Below, in pieces: positions 9,172-19,474 of a stretch of DNA of 43,206 nucleotides; position 1 is the stretch's first letter; the number at the start of each line of letters is the position of its first letter. The stretch lies in the IMG/VR virus record IMGVR_UViG_3300022904_000004, positions 1 through 43,206 of that record. One strand, 5' to 3'. The DNA comes from a virus. Taxonomy: Duplodnaviria; Caudoviricetes. The position numbers were made by a program, and so were the translations under genes. The notes beneath the pieces are model-generated. The model made no database searches and was not told the origin of the DNA. It saw only the letters and a program-made list of their open reading frames with translations.

Positions 9172-10843
9172 GGACATCGAAGCCGATGCGGTCATCAACG
9201 ACAAGAGCGCCGCCGGTCTCCGCAAGTTCGAGGAGAACGTTCGCAAGTCAGGCAAGAAGGTCGAGAAGGACTACGACACGCTCGGCAAGCGCACCGGCGA
9301 GTCTCTGCTCAAGGGCATCGGCTCGTTCAGTCCCAAGCTGGCGAAGGCGCTGGCCAACGGCGTGGGCGATGCGGGCAAGCTTGGCGGGCCGCTGCTGATC
9401 ACCGGTATCGCCGCGGCGCTTCCCGTGCTGTCCGGGCTGGTGGGCGCCGCCGTCACGGGCGGCGCGGCTGGCGCGGGCATCATCGGCGGCATCGCGCTGG
9501 TGAGCCGGGACAGCCGCGTCAAGGCGGCCGGCGAGCAGCTCGGCGCCAACCTGTTGAGCGGGCTGACCGCCCGCGCCGGCTCGTTCGTGCAGCCGGTGCT
9601 GCGCTCGATCGACATTTTGGAAGCGAAGTTCCTGGAGTCCGGCGACACGATCGAGAAGATCTTCCAGAACACGGCCAAGTTCGTGGAGCCGTTGACCGAC
9701 TCGCTGGCCAATGCCGGGCAGTCGCTGCTGGAAGGCCTGGAGATCGCCACCTCGCGCGCCGAGCCGGTGATGGACGCCTTCGGCGAGGGTATCGAGGGAA
9801 CCGGCGAGGCGATCAAGAGCGTTTTCGACGATCTGTCTCAGAACGGCGAGGCGAACGCGCTGGTGCTTGACCGGGCGTTTAGTTCGCTGAACGGAACGAT
9901 CACAGCCATCGGCCCGGTGCTGAACGGCATCACCAGTGCCTTCGCGGCCGTGGACAAGGTGCTCCCGCTGGACGGCATTTTCGGCCTGAAGCGCCGGTTC
10001 GATGAGCTGAACGAGGCGGGCACCAACGTCGGGACGTGGGTTGATCCCGCGTCGGACGGCGCGATCCGGGTGGGCGCTTCGATGGAGATCGCCAAGAAGG
10101 ATGCGGACCTCTACGCGAAGGCGCTGGAGGACAACGCGCGCGCCGCCGAATTGACCGCCGATGCGCAGGCGAGCCTGTTCTCGGACGCCACCAAGGCGGG
10201 CGCGGCGCTGGACGCGGCCAAGAAGGCGGCCAAGGAGAACGGCGAGACGCTGAGCGTCAACACGCAGAAAGGCCGGGAGAACCGCGAATCTCTCTCCCAG
10301 CTGTCCGACACCTACAACGCGGTGCGTGCCAACATGGTCAAGACCGGCGCCAGCGTCACCAGCCTGAACGGGACGCTGAGCAGCCAGCGCGCCAACTTCA
10401 TCAAGGTCGCCGTCTCCATGGGCGCTTCCAAGGCGCAGGCGGCGGCGCTCGCCGCTCAGCTGCTGAAGATCCCGAGCCCCAAGCCGAAAGTCACGCTGAA
10501 CACTGCGGGGGTGGCCGCTCAGGCGCGCAACGCCCGGCAGGAGATCGCGCAGATCAAGGGTAAGACGGTGAGCGTCACGATCAATGTGAACGCCAGCCGG
10601 CTGGCCGCCGTGGAGGCGCGCCTCGCCCGGCTCCAAAACGCCGGATACGGCGCCGCCGGGCTGAGCTTCGCGGCCACCGCGCCCGGCCAGACTTCGCGGG
10701 TGGGCGGCGCCGCTCCGGTGCAGGTGACCAGCTCCGTGGCGGTCAGCTTGGACGGCCAGCCGTTCCGCTCCTACACGCAACGGGCGATCGAGGTGCGCGA
10801 CCAGCGCAACGCCTTCCGCGAGAAGGTGGGCAAGCGGGTATGA
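9164..10843 (+). CDS. tape measure protein
   Basis: 559 aa Ala/Gly-rich helical protein downstream of chaperones. Confidence 0.85.
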   Translation: MARDIEADAVINDKSAAGLRKFEENVRKSGKKVEKDYDTLGKRTGESLLKGIGSFSPKLAKALANGVGDAGKLGGPLLITGIAAALPVLSGLVGAAVTGGAAGAGIIGGIALVSRDSRVKAAGEQLGANLLSGLTARAGSFVQPVLRSIDILEAKFLESGDTIEKIFQNTAKFVEPLTDSLANAGQSLLEGLEIATSRAEPVMDAFGEGIEGTGEAIKSVFDDLSQNGEANALVLDRAFSSLNGTITAIGPVLNGITSAFAAVDKVLPLDGIFGLKRRFDELNEAGTNVGTWVDPASDGAIRVGASMEIAKKDADLYAKALEDNARAAELTADAQASLFSDATKAGAALDAAKKAAKENGETLSVNTQKGRENRESLSQLSDTYNAVRANMVKTGASVTSLNGTLSSQRANFIKVAVSMGASKAQAAALAAQLLKIPSPKPKVTLNTAGVAAQARNARQEIAQIKGKTVSVTINVNASRLAAVEARLARLQNAGYGAAGLSFAATAPGQTSRVGGAAPVQVTSSVAVSLDGQPFRSYTQRAIEVRDQRNAFREKVGKRV

Positions 10844-12237
10844 CGATCACCGACAAGACGCTGGGCACGGCCACCACGGGCAACAACGCCAGCGTCACGC
10901 CCGGGACGCCGTCTGGTCTGCTGGCCGGGGACTTCGTACTGATCGCCGCCGCCATCCGCAACAACGGCGTGGGCTCGGTGAACACGCCGACCGGCTGGCA
11001 GAAGATCGCCGAGAATCAGAACCTCGCGCTGCTGGGCCGCTATTTCCAGACCGGTGACACGATGCCGCTGGTCACCTTCACCGGCGGCGTGGCCAACGCG
11101 GACACCTACGCGCGCGCGATCAAGCTGCGGGGCGTGGCCAAGGACATGCTGACCGAAGTCGTGGCGGACACCGCGGGTAACGGCAGCCAGCAGAACATCA
11201 ACACCGCGGGTGTGACCGTGGTGGGCGACAACCACGCCGTGCTCCAGTTCGTGTGGAAGCAGGACGATGCCACTTCGCTGAGCACGCCTGCCACCTTCAC
11301 AGCTGACGGCTTGACCAACATGACCACCGGCGATGACATGCTCGCCGCGCTGTTCAGCGTCATCCAGACCACGGCGGCCAGCGTCTCCACGGGCACCATC
11401 ACGGTGACCGGCGGCGTGGCGGCCATCGGCCGCGCCATCACGCTGGCCATCCGCCCGGCGCCGGCCATCACGATCAGCTCCTACGACCTGTTCCCGCCGC
11501 GCAACGCCGTGACCCTGACCGGCCTGACGCCGGGCGATGACGTGTCGATCTACCGCGTGGTGGCCGGTCAGCGCACGCTGCTGCGGGACGGCGTCCATAC
11601 CGCGGTGACCGATCCGGGGCTGGTGGTGGTGGATGGAGAGCTCCCGTTCGGTGTGAGCGTCAGCTACGTGGCGGTGGTCAACAGCAGCGCCGAGTATGAG
11701 AGCGCCGCTGCGGAGTACTCGCTGCCCGGCGGCAAGCCGATCCTGTCGGACGCCGTGAGCGGCGAAAGCAGCCAGTTCACCGTGGTGTCCTGGCCCCGCA
11801 AGGAGTACAAGCCGCAGGCCAGCCTGTTCAAGGTGGGCGGGCGCAACGTGGTGGTGAGCGGGGACGTCGGCCAGTTCGAGAGCCAGATGGAGATCTTCTT
11901 CGAAGCGTGGTCGAGCTCGGAGAACTTCTTGGCCCTGCTCAACAGCGCCACCGAAGGTGTGCTCCAGCTTCGTGCTCCGGTGGCCGGCTACAACGGCGTG
12001 GACTGCTACCTGGCGATCCTGAGTGCCAGTGAGGACCGCTTCAGCCAGGACGGCACAGACGACCGGCGCACGTGGGTGCTGGAGGTGGCGGAGACCGAAT
12101 CATGGTCGGACGGCTTCACGGCGCGCGCCTTCACGTGGGCGGACGTGGTGACGTTCTACACCGGGCTGACGTGGGCGGATCTGATCGGTGACCATGCCAC
12201 CTGGCTGGCCGTACAGATCGCGGACTTCACGCCATGA
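10840..12237 (+). CDS. minor tail protein (distal-tail-like, N-terminal Thr/Gly-rich domain)
   Basis: First gene after tape measure, ATGA overlap; beta-rich. Confidence 0.65.
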   Translation: MTITDKTLGTATTGNNASVTPGTPSGLLAGDFVLIAAAIRNNGVGSVNTPTGWQKIAENQNLALLGRYFQTGDTMPLVTFTGGVANADTYARAIKLRGVAKDMLTEVVADTAGNGSQQNINTAGVTVVGDNHAVLQFVWKQDDATSLSTPATFTADGLTNMTTGDDMLAALFSVIQTTAASVSTGTITVTGGVAAIGRAITLAIRPAPAITISSYDLFPPRNAVTLTGLTPGDDVSIYRVVAGQRTLLRDGVHTAVTDPGLVVVDGELPFGVSVSYVAVVNSSAEYESAAAEYSLPGGKPILSDAVSGESSQFTVVSWPRKEYKPQASLFKVGGRNVVVSGDVGQFESQMEIFFEAWSSSENFLALLNSATEGVLQLRAPVAGYNGVDCYLAILSASEDRFSQDGTDDRRTWVLEVAETESWSDGFTARAFTWADVVTFYTGLTWADLIGDHATWLAVQIADFTP

Positions 12238-13316
12238 TCGAGATCACGGACATTGCGGCGGCAAGCCTGTTGCGCGGCAACCAGCGCCGCTATCTGCGGG
12301 TGGAGAGCTGGCTGGACGAGACGCTGCTGGACGATGACATTCCGGTGCAGGCCGGCGTGGAGGAAGTGGACCGGAGCAGCAACGTCCCGGAGCGCCTCAC
12401 GCTTACGGTGCCGCGCATCGCCAAGCGCACGCTGGACGGCATCCGCTACAACTACACACCCGGCGAGACCAACAGCCCGCTTGCGGCCAATGGCCAGTTC
12501 CTGCGGGTGCTGGTAGGGCTCGGCATCGGCAATGACCAGACCGAATGGCTCACTCGCGGCTGGTACGTGATCACCGAGTCCAAGGTGAATGGCGATCAGA
12601 TCAACGTGCAGGCGGGCGGGCTGCTGTGGCTGATCCAGGAGGCGCGGCTGGTCAATCCGCTCCAGCCGTCCGGCACATTCAAAAGCACCATTCAGAGCCT
12701 GGTGGAGCCGGCGCTTACCGTAGAGTTCGATGCGGTGCTGTCCGACCGCTCGGTACCCGCCTCGGTCAACTATGACGATGACCGGCTCAACGCGCTGAAC
12801 GCCACCCTCGCCGCCTGGCCGGCCGCCGCGGAGGTGACGAGCGAGGGGTTCCTGTACGTCACGACCACCACAGACCCCTCCACGGTCTCGCTGGAGCTGA
12901 GCGCGGGGGTTGGTGGCACCGTGATTGAGGCGACCGGCACCAGCAGCCGTGACGGCGTCTACAACGCCGTGGTGGCGCAGGGCACACTGGCCGACGGTGG
13001 GCTGGTGCGCGGCGTCATGTACGACACCACGGGGCCGAAGCGCTCAGGCGGCCCGTTTAATCCGCTGCCGGTCCCGCTGTATTTCGACTCGCCGCTGATC
13101 ACCACGCAGGCGCAGGCGGACGCGGCAGCCAGGAGCCGGCTCGATACGCTGCGACGCACCACCTCGCAGGAGTTCGACGTGGAGATGGTGCCGCACCCGG
13201 CACTTCAGGCCGGAGATCGTATCGAGGTGGACGGCGTGCCGTACATCGTGGAGCAGCTGAGTCTGCCGCTGACCGCGGGCGGCGGCAGCATGAAGCTGCG
13301 GGTGAGGTCGCTATGA
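12234..13316 (+). CDS. minor tail / baseplate hub protein
   Basis: SRDGVYNAVVAQG, SPLITTQAQADAAA and PHPALQAGD motifs typical of actinophage hub proteins. Confidence 0.75.
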   Translation: MIEITDIAAASLLRGNQRRYLRVESWLDETLLDDDIPVQAGVEEVDRSSNVPERLTLTVPRIAKRTLDGIRYNYTPGETNSPLAANGQFLRVLVGLGIGNDQTEWLTRGWYVITESKVNGDQINVQAGGLLWLIQEARLVNPLQPSGTFKSTIQSLVEPALTVEFDAVLSDRSVPASVNYDDDRLNALNATLAAWPAAAEVTSEGFLYVTTTTDPSTVSLELSAGVGGTVIEATGTSSRDGVYNAVVAQGTLADGGLVRGVMYDTTGPKRSGGPFNPLPVPLYFDSPLITTQAQADAAARSRLDTLRRTTSQEFDVEMVPHPALQAGDRIEVDGVPYIVEQLSLPLTAGGGSMKLRVRSL

Positions 13317-14050
13317 CGAACCCGCTGTTCCTCCCCACGGCGCAGAAGGCGCTGGCGCTCACCGTCAAATCCGGCAGCACGTGCACCGCGGAGATCGGCG
13401 GCGTGTCCACCGTGATCGAGGTGGCGCGCGATCTCACGGTGGCGGTGGGCGATGCGCTGCTGGTGCTGCGTTCCGGCGCCACCTGGTTCGCCTTCGCGCG
13501 GTATAGCACCGCAGCCCCGGCCGCCGTCACGGGCGGCAGTGCGCCGCCGGCGGCGATCGGTGTGCGGACCGGGCGGATGGTGATCACGCCGATCGAGACG
13601 CGCTCACGGCAGGGCTCGCGCTGGCGCACCGACACGGATGATACGTATCAGGGCCAGTACGGCGGCAACGGCAATCACATCGGGTGCGCGTTCTACGGCC
13701 GCAAGGCGGCCACCGTGACGGGTGCCACGTGCACCGGGGCGGCCATCAAGGTGCGCCGACTGGACAAGGGCGGCACCAACGCAGCGCAGGACACCACGCT
13801 CCGCCTGGTGACGGAGCGCTTCCGGCCGTCCGGCGCCCCGACCTTGAGCAGCACCACGGACGGGCCGAATCTGCGCCGCGGCCAGACGGATACCTACGTG
13901 GAGATCCCGACCTCGTGGGGGCAGGCGATGCTGGACGGCACGTCCGGTGGGCTGGCGTTGTACGAGGCGGACGGCAGTCCGTATGTGATCTTCGCCGGTC
14001 GGGGATCATGGGGTCCGGCCTGGACGCTCACCATCAGCTGGAGAAGGTAG
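13313..14050 (+). CDS. minor tail protein
   Basis: Coupled to hub gene; YQGQYGGNGNHIG motif. Confidence 0.6.
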   Translation: MTNPLFLPTAQKALALTVKSGSTCTAEIGGVSTVIEVARDLTVAVGDALLVLRSGATWFAFARYSTAAPAAVTGGSAPPAAIGVRTGRMVITPIETRSRQGSRWRTDTDDTYQGQYGGNGNHIGCAFYGRKAATVTGATCTGAAIKVRRLDKGGTNAAQDTTLRLVTERFRPSGAPTLSSTTDGPNLRRGQTDTYVEIPTSWGQAMLDGTSGGLALYEADGSPYVIFAGRGSWGPAWTLTISWRR

Positions 14051-14056
14051 ATCATC

Positions 14057-14602
14057 ATGCCGCTCACCACGAATTTCGATATCCCGTACCCGGCCAGCAC
14101 CGAGGCGCCGAACGGTCCCGCGCAGTTGCAGGCGCTGGCCGACAAGCTGGATCTGCTGCTGTCCGTCCCCGCGCCCACCAGCGCGGCCAGCAGCGGCACG
14201 AATGCACCCACTAGCACTTCCTATGCGAACCTTCCCACCACGCCGATCAGCTGCGCCATCACCAATCCGAGCGCGGACTACGCGTTGCTGGTGATGGTGA
14301 CGATCTCCGCATGGATGGCATCCGCTGGCATCGCCACAGAGCTGACCGGCTCGGTGGCCGGCAGTGGCGGCATGACGTTCGCCGCGGGCAGCACGGGTAA
14401 CGGGCACGCGCTCAGTCAGGGCGAGAACCTGATCACCACGGCGGCCACGGCGGGCATGTACCAGAGCACCCTGCCGGTCATCATCCCCGCGGGCGCGGCG
14501 GCCGTGACTTTCACGTTCCAGGCGAAGCGCAACAACACCTCGAACACCACGACGCTGAACTTCCCAGCGATCCGCGCCATCCCGATCCGCTTCATGCAGT
14601 AG
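14057..14602 (+). CDS. putative tail fibre / receptor-binding protein
   Basis: MPLTTNFDIPYP...QLQALADKLD N-terminal anchor-like motif, Thr/Ala-rich C-terminus. Confidence 0.55.
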   Translation: MPLTTNFDIPYPASTEAPNGPAQLQALADKLDLLLSVPAPTSAASSGTNAPTSTSYANLPTTPISCAITNPSADYALLVMVTISAWMASAGIATELTGSVAGSGGMTFAAGSTGNGHALSQGENLITTAATAGMYQSTLPVIIPAGAAAVTFTFQAKRNNTSNTTTLNFPAIRAIPIRFMQ

Positions 14603-14649
14603 TGCCGTAGAGTGAGTGACATTCATTCACGCGAGGCGAGGAGAGCTCG

Positions 14650-14859
14650 ATGGACCTGTTCAACGATGTGATCTGGCCGCTGTTCATCACGGCGCTGGTG
14701 ATCACGGCGATCGTGTGTTTCACCAAGCTGATCTGGCATTCGATCGAGAACAGCCGCCGGTCGCGCGCGCAGCAGCTGGCCGCGTGGAAGGCGCAGGAAC
14801 GCGCGATGAACCAGCAGCGCGAGGCGCACGAGATGCGTTACGGACGGGGCGGATACTGA
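14650..14859 (+). CDS. small membrane protein
   Basis: GAGGCGAGGAG SD; one hydrophobic helix. Confidence 0.6.
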   Translation: MDLFNDVIWPLFITALVITAIVCFTKLIWHSIENSRRSRAQQLAAWKAQERAMNQQREAHEMRYGRGGY

Positions 14860-14897
14860 GATGGTCATGAATCCGATCTACCGAAACGAGGGGCAAC

Positions 14898-15164
14898 ATG
14901 GCTGAGCAGGAGCAGGGCGGCAACTGGCAGAAGCCGAGCGTCGGGCGCATCGTGCACTACGTGAGCCACGGCACGCCGCCGCGGGGAGACGGCGGCCAGG
15001 CATATGAATCGCAGTGCCGCGCCGCTGTGGTCACACAGGTGACGAATCCGACTAACCTCGGGCTGGCGGTGCTCAACCCGTCCGGCATGTTCTTCCATGA
15101 GTCGGTGCTGTTCGACGGCGCAGACCAGGCCGGCGGCACCTGGCATTGGCCGGAGCGCACCTGA
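14898..15164 (+). CDS. conserved phage hypothetical protein
   Basis: KPSVGRIVHYV...GGTWHWPER motif; SD GAGGGG. Confidence 0.7.
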   Translation: MAEQEQGGNWQKPSVGRIVHYVSHGTPPRGDGGQAYESQCRAAVVTQVTNPTNLGLAVLNPSGMFFHESVLFDGADQAGGTWHWPERT

Positions 15165-15901
15165 TGGCATGGGTCCTGATTCCCTGCCTGATCGAGCTGC
15201 GGGCGGAATTCAACCAGCTCGCGCCGAGTCGGGATAAGGGCGCTGACGGCTCGATCGGGGACAGCGCGCATACGTCTCGCTCCGATCATTCGCCGGACGA
15301 GGGCAGCGTCCACCTCCGCGATCACGATGTGGACGACAAGAACGAAGTGCACGCGCTCGACATCGACAGCACCGGCCCCTGGCCGAACGGGCGGGGGTTT
15401 CAGCGGATCGTCCTGGATGTGATCGCCGGAGAGCGGACGAAGTGGCTGAGCGCCACCGACAAGTGCCGGCTCGAATACGTGATCTTCAACCGGAAGATCT
15501 ACAGCCGACAGCGCGACTTCATGCCGGTGGTCTATGTCGGCTCGGACCCTCACACCAATCACGTGCACTTCTCCGGCCGCTATCTCACCGCTACCGAGAA
15601 CGACACCCGGCCATGGGGCGTGCTCGCTCCTATGCCACCTGACCAGCAGGAGGAAGAGATGGACATCCAGGAATACTTCGCCAGCATCGCGCGCGCCACC
15701 GCCGTGCCCGCGGACCCCAACGCGACGCAGGCCGATCGCGCCAACCGGGACGCCTTCGCCGCGGGCCTGCGGTTCGCTCTCGGCTACAACAAGCCGTACG
15801 ACCAGGACACGTTGCCGGGCGGCGCGCTCATCCGCATCGCGGACGCCACGGAGCAGATGGCGGAAGGTGCGGACGGCGGCGCCGAGCCGGGTGGTTCCTG
15901 A
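15164..15901 (+). CDS. endolysin (M15-like zinc peptidase)
   Basis: IGDSAH...SDH...HALDID...YVIFNRKIYS...DPHTNHVHFS zinc-peptidase motifs; precedes membrane proteins. Confidence 0.85.
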   Translation: MAWVLIPCLIELRAEFNQLAPSRDKGADGSIGDSAHTSRSDHSPDEGSVHLRDHDVDDKNEVHALDIDSTGPWPNGRGFQRIVLDVIAGERTKWLSATDKCRLEYVIFNRKIYSRQRDFMPVVYVGSDPHTNHVHFSGRYLTATENDTRPWGVLAPMPPDQQEEEMDIQEYFASIARATAVPADPNATQADRANRDAFAAGLRFALGYNKPYDQDTLPGGALIRIADATEQMAEGADGGAEPGGS

Positions 15902-15963
15902 TACCGCTCCCGTAAGATCGATCGACCTGATCGGCGGGGCAGATTCGGGAAGGGCTGGCATGA

Positions 15964-16251
15964 GTGAGCGGCACGCAGCAGGAGCAGCAGACTGGAAACC
16001 GGCCGTCACGGCGGGATCGCTGGCGAGACGTGGTGACGTTCGTGGGCGCGTGGTTCATTATCGGCTGGCAGATGCTCATGGTGGCACCGGCCGACGTGAA
16101 CGAAACGTTCCTCGTGCTGGCGGCCACGCTGCTGGGAGTGCCGTTCGGGGCGGAGGCGGTCGCGCGGATCAGGGGAGCTGGTGGATCTACTACGCCGCCA
16201 GAGCAGCCATCGCCTGCGCCGGGCTCCTCACCTGCCTCGCCGTCTACCTGA
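15964..16251 (+). CDS. two-TM membrane protein (holin-like)
   Basis: Two hydrophobic segments; after lysin. Confidence 0.6.
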   Translation: MSGTQQEQQTGNRPSRRDRWRDVVTFVGAWFIIGWQMLMVAPADVNETFLVLAATLLGVPFGAEAVARIRGAGGSTTPPEQPSPAPGSSPASPST

Positions 16252-16290
16252 ACAGCCGGTAGATCAACGAACATCGATTAGGATGCGCGC

Positions 16291-16605
16291 ATGACGGAGG
16301 AGCAACGGCGCGAGAGGCGCAGTGGCTGGTTGCTTGCGCTGCTGGCCGCAACGCTGGTGATCGTGGTCGGGCTCGGCGCCATCTACATCAACCGCACGGC
16401 TGAACGCTACGTGGAGCAGAGTGAGCAGCGCGACTGCGAGACGCTGGCCGCGGACATCGAGGCGATAGAGAGCGCCGGCCAGCTCACGGAGGCGGGTGTG
16501 CGGGTGACGCTGGCGCGCCGCGGCCGGTACCACCAGATCGGATGTGAGCCGCCGTTGAAGCGGCCGGACTACCAGATCATCGTTCCATCGAAAGCCCCCC
16601 GCTGA
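16291..16605 (+). CDS. single-TM membrane protein, lysis region
   Basis: N-terminal TM, two Cys; TAGGAT 6 nt before ATG (leaderless-like). Confidence 0.6.
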   Translation: MTEEQRRERRSGWLLALLAATLVIVVGLGAIYINRTAERYVEQSEQRDCETLAADIEAIESAGQLTEAGVRVTLARRGRYHQIGCEPPLKRPDYQIIVPSKAPR

Positions 16606-16639
16606 CCACGGTGGCAACGGGGCTCAACGAAACGCAGGA

Positions 16640-17032
16640 GTGATCATGGTCAAGGGGAAGCTGTACGTGGCGCTTATCCCGCTGCTGTACGCGGTGGTGG
16701 CGGTGTTCGTGCCGTGGATCGACAAGGGTGTCGCGCCGACCGGGCCGGAGTGGGTGCAGATCCTGATCGGCGTGACGCTGGCGCTCCAGGTCTACCTGGT
16801 GCCGCTGGTGCCCGGGCACACGTGGGTCAAGAGTGTGGTCGGTGCACTGCTGGCCGGTCTCGGCGCGCTCGCTGTGGCGATCATCGGTGGCGTGACGGCC
16901 AGCGAGCTGCTGGACATCGCGGTCTACGTGCTGGCCGCGCTCGGTATCGTCATCGCGCCGGCGGCCAGCGACACCGGCGTGGCGGTCGGACTCGGCGGAG
17001 ACGCCCCGATCCGTGCCGGGCACGCCGCGTGA
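16640..17032 (+). CDS. holin (four TM)
   Basis: Four hydrophobic helices; SD AGGAG; lysis cassette. Confidence 0.7.
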   Translation: MIMVKGKLYVALIPLLYAVVAVFVPWIDKGVAPTGPEWVQILIGVTLALQVYLVPLVPGHTWVKSVVGALLAGLGALAVAIIGGVTASELLDIAVYVLAALGIVIAPAASDTGVAVGLGGDAPIRAGHAA

Positions 17033-17802
17033 CGATCAACTGGGATCCGACTGGACGGCGCGTCTACTTCTTCGAGCCGCATCAGGATGACGGCGCGCTG
17101 TTCATGGCTCAGGTGGCGGCGCACCACGTGCTGGCCAATCGTGAGGTGCACGTAGTGCTCATGAGCAACGGCTCCACGTCCAACGTGATCCAGAAGCTGA
17201 ACGGCGAGATCCACACCGGCCCGTGGTGGGGCGGCTTCCACGACCCGGCGCACGAGAGCTACGAGCCGCTTAGCAAGATGGAGTTCGGGATGGCGCGCAC
17301 GCAGGAGCTGCTGGCGAGCTGGGAGCAGCTCGGCGTGCCGGAGGATCGGGTGCACTTCGGCATGGACCTGAACGGCAGCCAGGATCTCCCGGACGCCGTG
17401 AGCGCGGAGTATGCCGAAGAGGTGATGCGCTACTGGATGGACAGCGACGCCGCGGCCGGGCTCGACCACCCGGGCATGTACACGATGCACTGGGAGGACC
17501 CCAACAGCGACCACGCGCACTGTGGCGCCGCGCTGAAGCATCTGCGCGAGACCGGCTCGTGGTACGCGGACAGCCGCTGGATGGTGAAGCCGGAGGAGGC
17601 GGCCGGCGCCGCGGCTACCGCGTACGCCGTGCCGAGCGCGTTACTGGCCGAAGTGAAGCTCATGCAGAAGCGGGCGGCGTACGCGTATGGTGCGTGGCAA
17701 CCGGCTGCCGGCGCATACGCGATCGGTATGCACAGCGTCTCGGCTTACTTCAACGCCGGTCCGCTGGCCGGCGCCGTCAACCACATCGTGCGAGCGCCGT
17801 AG
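17029..17802 (+). CDS. PIG-L/LmbE family N-deacetylase
   Basis: VYFFEPHQDD (PHxDD), MSNG, RTQEL, TMHWEDPNSDH motifs; GTG overlaps holin stop. Confidence 0.85.
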   Translation: MTINWDPTGRRVYFFEPHQDDGALFMAQVAAHHVLANREVHVVLMSNGSTSNVIQKLNGEIHTGPWWGGFHDPAHESYEPLSKMEFGMARTQELLASWEQLGVPEDRVHFGMDLNGSQDLPDAVSAEYAEEVMRYWMDSDAAAGLDHPGMYTMHWEDPNSDHAHCGAALKHLRETGSWYADSRWMVKPEEAAGAAATAYAVPSALLAEVKLMQKRAAYAYGAWQPAAGAYAIGMHSVSAYFNAGPLAGAVNHIVRAP

Positions 17803-17827
17803 CCGCTGATCTTTCTCGCGCCCCATA

Positions 17828-17877
17828 GAAACGCCCCGCACCCGCCTCTCCGTCAAGGCGTTGGTGCGGGGCGTTTC
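17828..17877. terminator. bidirectional terminator at convergence of both arms
   Basis: 15-bp perfect stem GAAACGCCCCGCACC/GGTGCGGGGCGTTTC plus inner CGCCT/AGGCG. Confidence 0.8.
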
Positions 17878-17882
17878 GCTGC

Positions 17883-18158
17883 TCAGGATGCGGCGTCGCG
17901 CTTGTCCTGTTCCGGGTCGATGCTCTGATCCACTGGCAGATCGATGCCGTGCGCTTTGAGAGTCGCGGACTGCGCACGGATATAGCGCTGCATGTCCGTG
18001 CGCTGCTGATTGACGATCGTGTGCACGGTGTCCACCTTGCCTTCGATCCGCTTGTCACGGCGCCGCGCGGTGACCGCATTGATCACCAGCGCGATCGCCG
18101 TGAGGAAGGTACCGATGGCGGTGATGATCCCGGCAAGGGTGGAGGGGTCTAGGTTCAC
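17883..18158 (-). CDS. membrane protein
   Basis: N-terminal TM followed by coiled-coil-like segment. Confidence 0.6.
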   Translation of the reverse strand: MNLDPSTLAGIITAIGTFLTAIALVINAVTARRRDKRIEGKVDTVHTIVNQQRTDMQRYIRAQSATLKAHGIDLPVDQSIDPEQDKRDAAS

Positions 18159-18183
18159 TGCCCGAGTGTCGCACAGGCCGGCG

Positions 18184-18543
18184 CTACGAACCGGCAGGCG
18201 TCACGGCCTGCTCATGGCCGGGAGCGAGGCGCCCCATCCATCCACCACAGGCCGGGCATTTCGCCTGGACATCGCCGAGCGCAAACGTCAGTGTGCCGGT
18301 GCATGGCTGACCGTCCGGCTCCTGCTCGTTGTTGCACGGGCGGGTGCCTGGCGTCAGCGGGCCGTGGGCCGCGTAGTAGGCCGCGCGGACCTCGGGGTCG
18401 ACCGGGCCGACGTCGAAGATGATGCAGTGCTCCAGCGCGTCGTACGCATCCGAAAGGGTCTCGTGCTCCGGCCCCATACCGACCGGCATGGACTGAGCCC
18501 ACTTGATCAGCGCGATCAGCGCGCCGCGCTCCACCGCGATCAC
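18184..18543 (-). CDS. hypothetical protein with C-terminal zinc ribbon
   Basis: GTG at 18543 overlaps upstream stop; C...C...CPACG. Confidence 0.6.
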   Translation of the reverse strand: MIAVERGALIALIKWAQSMPVGMGPEHETLSDAYDALEHCIIFDVGPVDPEVRAAYYAAHGPLTPGTRPCNNEQEPDGQPCTGTLTFALGDVQAKCPACGGWMGRLAPGHEQAVTPAGS

Positions 18544-19310
18544 GAGGCACCGCCGGACGGATTGGGCGCGGTAGCGGCTGCACGCTCCTCGCGGAGCTCC
18601 CGGACGGCGAGCGCCTGCGCGCTCAAGCCGTACCCCGGATCGTTGCGCCACTGGCGATACGCCGCCTGATCCCGGCGGTACTGCGCCGGGCGGTTGACAT
18701 TGCGGTACTGCGCGTCCCACTCGCTGCGCCCGGCCAGCGGGTGCATGTGCTCGATCAGCACGTCTTCCAGGTACGCGTAGCAACCCGCCGCCTCCGCGAG
18801 GTCCCACACCGCGTTGTCGCAGTACAGGTGCTCCACGGGCGCCGGGACCATCCGGCCGAGCGCGTGCACGATGTCCGCGGTCATGGCCCACTGTGTCGGG
18901 AGCCGATCTCCGCGGTAGCCGTCCGGGCACGACACGACGCCGGTGCCCATCTCGATCAGCTTCTCCAGGTACCTGGCCGCCCACCCGTGCGTACGGGGCA
19001 GGTGGTCATCGCCGGCGAAGCCGATGGCGAAGTATCCGAAGTACTCGGCGTATGTACTGGCGGCGCCGTTCAGCTTCGGCACCAGCGGGAGCCACTTCGG
19101 CATCGACATGAAGCGGGCACCATGCGCCGGGACATCCATCTCCGCAAACGCCTGAAGATATCCACCCTTCGCCGGATCGTCATTGTCATGCGCGAAACAG
19201 AGATCGGCGTGACGGAAGGCGTCGGTGTCCTCCCAGGCGCGCACCACCTTCGCCACGTTCTCCGGTCGTGAGCGGGTGGGCACGATGATCAACATGCGTG
19301 CGTCAGTCAT
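18540..19310 (-). CDS. glycosyltransferase, GT-A fold (GT2-like)
   Basis: IIVPTRSRP start motif, FAGDDH (DxD-like), HLYCDN, IEHMHP. Confidence 0.85.
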   Translation of the reverse strand: MTDARMLIIVPTRSRPENVAKVVRAWEDTDAFRHADLCFAHDNDDPAKGGYLQAFAEMDVPAHGARFMSMPKWLPLVPKLNGAASTYAEYFGYFAIGFAGDDHLPRTHGWAARYLEKLIEMGTGVVSCPDGYRGDRLPTQWAMTADIVHALGRMVPAPVEHLYCDNAVWDLAEAAGCYAYLEDVLIEHMHPLAGRSEWDAQYRNVNRPAQYRRDQAAYRQWRNDPGYGLSAQALAVRELREERAAATAPNPSGGAS

Positions 19311-19474
19311 GATTCCTCTTTCTTCAAATCGACGTGATAGACGGCGATGCATCGCGCGTCGATCAACTTCACGTCATCGGTCGTTGCGGGGTCGGCTACG
19401 TAGCGGCAGCAGCAAGTGGTCACGTGACGCAATTCGATCGAAACGTCATCAACGCGGAACGGAGTGAGGCTCAC
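19307..19474 (-). CDS. small hypothetical protein
   Basis: Fills gap between GT genes with GTGA/ATGA overlaps at both ends. Confidence 0.5.
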   Translation of the reverse strand: MSLTPFRVDDVSIELRHVTTCCCRYVADPATTDDVKLIDARCIAVYHVDLKKEES

